Of a stretch of 64,000 nucleotides of DNA, positions 61,200 through 64,000 are shown piece by piece. How positions within the stretch are numbered: position 1 is the first letter of the stretch; each line of letters starts with the position of its first letter. This DNA is from Amphiscolops sp. MND2022. Its lineage: Eukaryota. The DNA is taken from the NCBI GenBank assembly GCA_964187785.1, contig OZ076418.1, positions 5,084,001 to 5,148,000 on the forward strand, read 5' to 3'. The notes below the pieces were generated by a model, which was not told the DNA's origin, ran no database searches, and was given only the letters and a program-made list of their open reading frames with translations. Position numbers and translations under genes: made by a program.

Positions 61200-62141
61200 G
61201 TCAGTGCTGCTGCTGCTGCTCAATGAAGAACTTGTCTTTTTTGGTTTTGTGATTTTAGACGGAGACGAACAGCGTTGTAGTATTTTAGAGGAGACACTAA
61301 CAGAGCTGCAGTGTGAGGTTTAGGGAGAGAAGAATTTTTTGACCGTCTGATGGAGGTGTAAATCGAAAAGTGCTTTTCAATTTTATTGCGTAATATGGTA
61401 GACACGGAGTATAGTATAATATGAACTATTATACTAGACACGTACATTGAGGTCTAAACAAAAGTGAACAAGTGAATAAAGTCGTAGTTATATCATCAAT
61501 TGAACTGGAAAAGAGGCGCAGTGGCACTGTGATTTATCGTTCTAAGTTACAAAAAGTTTTCAGAAAAAACACGACAAATACAAACCTCGTATATTTGAAA
61601 AGGAAAAACCAACAGAGTTCTCTCAACTAAAATGTCTCCACGGATCTGAAAATTGGGTCATGCGTATATATAGTAGGGTTCCAGGCAGGGCTAAGCAATC
61701 AATTAACCTTAACTTGGCCAATGTGCCAAATTTGGCACAGCGTGTGAATTGAATTGTGACTGTGAGCATGACGTAATAACCATTCCAATCCAAATTAAAT
61801 CACGAAATCTGATTGGCTGCCGACAGTACGACACAGAGATAAAGTTAATACAATATTGCAGCTTGATTAAAGGCAGCTACTGTTATTACCACATTCAGTC
61901 TGGCATAATGCATTTGTATTAGAAACTTAGAAACATCATATCTCAGCGAATACGTTACAGAAATTGGTCATTCTTTTTTATAATAATTTATACAATGTGT
62001 ACTTTGCTACTGTTAATATTCAGGTGTGCAGTTTTGCCCCATTCTTTCGGAAATTCTCTTGAAAATAGCGTGCCATTTTAGGCACATAAAATAACAACAG
62101 TAAAACGAGATTCTTCTTCATTTTCACGATTTTCAGAAATT

Positions 62142-62318
62142 ATGGTTTTTAACGTCGGAGATCCAGTTGATATCTTCTGGGCTGATGAAACGTGATGGGG
62201 GCATTATTATCCTGGCTCAATCTCGCAGGTTTTAAAAACCGGTTACCAAGTTACTTTTGACAATTATCCTCAAGAATGGAACATGGTTGTCCTTAAAAAG
62301 TACGTGAGAAGAGATGTT
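62142..62318 (+). pseudogene. Tudor/Agenet-like domain at the 5' end of the piggyBac coding region (one in-frame TGA)
   Basis: MVFNVGDPVDIFWADET*WGHYYPGSISQVLKTGYQVTFDNYPQEWNMVVLKKYVR matches by eye the Tudor pattern (W/F)xVGD..W..D...YP..I..V....V.(F/Y)..Y; not in the ORF track. Confidence 0.7.
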
Positions 62319-62326
62319 TGAAATGA

Positions 62327-63817
62327 TTGAATGAGCTTCCACTAGCTATGGAGGTGACCGATGACTCAGATTTGGACATACCACTCAAGGAATCTGCGAG
62401 CAACAAGGCTAACAGAGCGTTTTATGGGCTGAAACTTGGTGAGCAAACAGCAACAGTTACTAGTATTTCATCTTCTGATTCAAGCTATGACAGCGATAAA
62501 GAGAACATTGGGAAGATTTAGTAAACAGATCTCAAGAAGAAAGTGAAGACGACCTCATTCTGCCGAATACCAAGGAACTCAGGTGCCGCAATCGAACGGA
62601 TGCTTTTGACATTCCAGCTGCCTCTGAATATAGAGAAGTGGTTTCGAAAATACGAAAACATTTCGAATGCCTTTCAGATTATCTGACAAGCGACAAGCGA
62701 ATTCCTAGCAAATATTTGCTACAATACAAACCTGTATGCACGACAGCAATCCATCAATGACCCATTTAACCTTGATTCGAAAGAACTTTTAGTTTTCATT
62801 AGAGTTTCAAAATGGACGTCTCTGATCAAATTACCGCCAATGCATATGTATTGGGCGAAAGATACGCGAATACCGCATGTCGCTGACTTTTTGACAAGAA
62901 ATCGATATCAGCAGATCGGAAGTAAATTGCACTTTGCGGATAACGAAAAAAAGACAGATCACAGTCTGAAGGACTTCAAATTCGCAATGATTGGGGAGCA
63001 TTCCAATGACGTGTGTTCAATAATTGAAAAAGACCCTTTCTTATCAATAGACGAACAGATCATACCTTATAAAGAAATAAAATCGTCACTACGGCAATAC
63101 CTACCGAAGAAATCGAAGAAATGGGGCGATAAAGTTTTCGCGCTTTGTGAACAACAATGTGAGGTCAATGGCATCCGACTTGCTGCTGTGTTATGGCATG
63201 ATAACGCGCAGGTTTCATTGCTCAGCTCTTTCGTTGGTGGCCAAATGGTTTATCAGCAACAAAGGTATGACAGGGGAAAGAAACAAAAAATTGTGGACTG
63301 CCCAGTGATTGTAATGGAATACAATAAACATATGGGTTATGTTGATAAATTCAACAGATACATTGCACTTTACCGCTCTGGACAACACTGTGTAACTCGA
63401 CATTACTTGAGATTTTTTCCATTTCATCGATGCGTTCTTCATCAATAGCGGGGTCCTATATAGAAGAGAAGCCGAGGACTCCCAACTTCCGAAAAAAGAC
63501 ACTTTGAGCTTATTTGACTTCTGTTCACGCTTGTGTTCGTGTCTTACAAGTATGACAGGTGATCCTGTTACACCAAGAGGGAGTCTACGAAAAAAAGCGA
63601 CTGAGATGGAAACACCTGTTCGGGTGGCGTCACCATTAATACTGCGAGCAATGCAATCAAGCAACGGTGGTCACTGGCACCTGACAACATCACAGACAAC
63701 GATGCAAGTTACCAGGTTGCAATGCCAAGAGCAGTTTGGTGCAAAAAATGCCAGCGGCACCTCTGTGTAAACTCTCACCGAAACTGTTTTCAGTCATTTC
63801 ATTATCAAAACTTTTGA
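62327..63817 (+). pseudogene. piggyBac (PGBD-type) transposase, frameshifted and internally deleted
   Basis: Acidic N-terminus; TNLYA..Q; KLP..MYW; LSIDEQIIPYK; YLPKKSKKWGDK; WHDN; EYNKHMGYVD; C-terminal RCKLPGC...CKKCQRHLC...NCFQSFH*. The DNYF region is absent between KVFALCE and QQCEVNG. Confidence 0.9.
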
Positions 63818-64000
63818 AGTGAATTGAAAATTTACTTGAAAATAATTTTTTTCTGAAAATTTTGCGAAGAGCCTTCTTTTACCTTTTTTTAGCCAATGTG
63901 CCGTTCTTGGCACACCCTATGAGGAAAAATGAGGTTTCTTTATTTCAATCACTTTCATCCTCAATTTCTTAACTGAAATGAATCGGATTCATCCAAATAG

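Larger units (their letters stand above)
61707..64000 (+). mobile_element. Decayed piggyBac transposon (left TIR present; right end not clearly inside the window)
   Basis: TTAA-CCTTAACTTGGCCA left end shared with MITE 12572; palindrome TGTGCC...GGCACA at both about 61723 and 63897; transposase remnants inside. Confidence 0.85.

Noticed and set aside
62142-62318. Tudor segment as a normal downstream exon of the L1-like gene
   Set aside because: It lies 435 bp inside the piggyBac left TIR, contains a stop and abuts the transposase frame; L1-family tails have no Tudor domain.

Overview
AT-rich animal genomic DNA with GT-AG introns and dense repeats; the species cannot be fixed from sequence alone. 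(1) One host gene on +, hand-spliced from 16 phase-compatible exons (22382-61199, about 1295 codons, running off the window). It reads signal peptide + 6 Ig + 5 FN3 + TM, i.e. a very divergent L1CAM/neuroglian-family adhesion molecule, probably with a second, alternative signal-peptide first exon. (2) The 5' half of a Ty3/Gypsy LTR retrotransposon on - (1-4287). Its Gag ORF (>878 aa) is missing from the ORF track because it runs off the edge. Its leader holds two small hydrophobic ORFs and an array of five covarying bulged hairpins. (3) An internally deleted hAT element with perfect TSDs and an intact mini-transposase ORF, and a decayed piggyBac whose transposase is preceded in-element by a Tudor-like domain. 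Both lie sense in host introns behind splice acceptors that are in frame with the upstream host exon. (4) Many MITEs with TSDs (hAT, piggyBac, Mutator-like, Tc1/pogo) and four Helentron/HINE-like families, some carrying tRNA-like Pol III modules. All translations and coordinates were done by hand; no database search was run.
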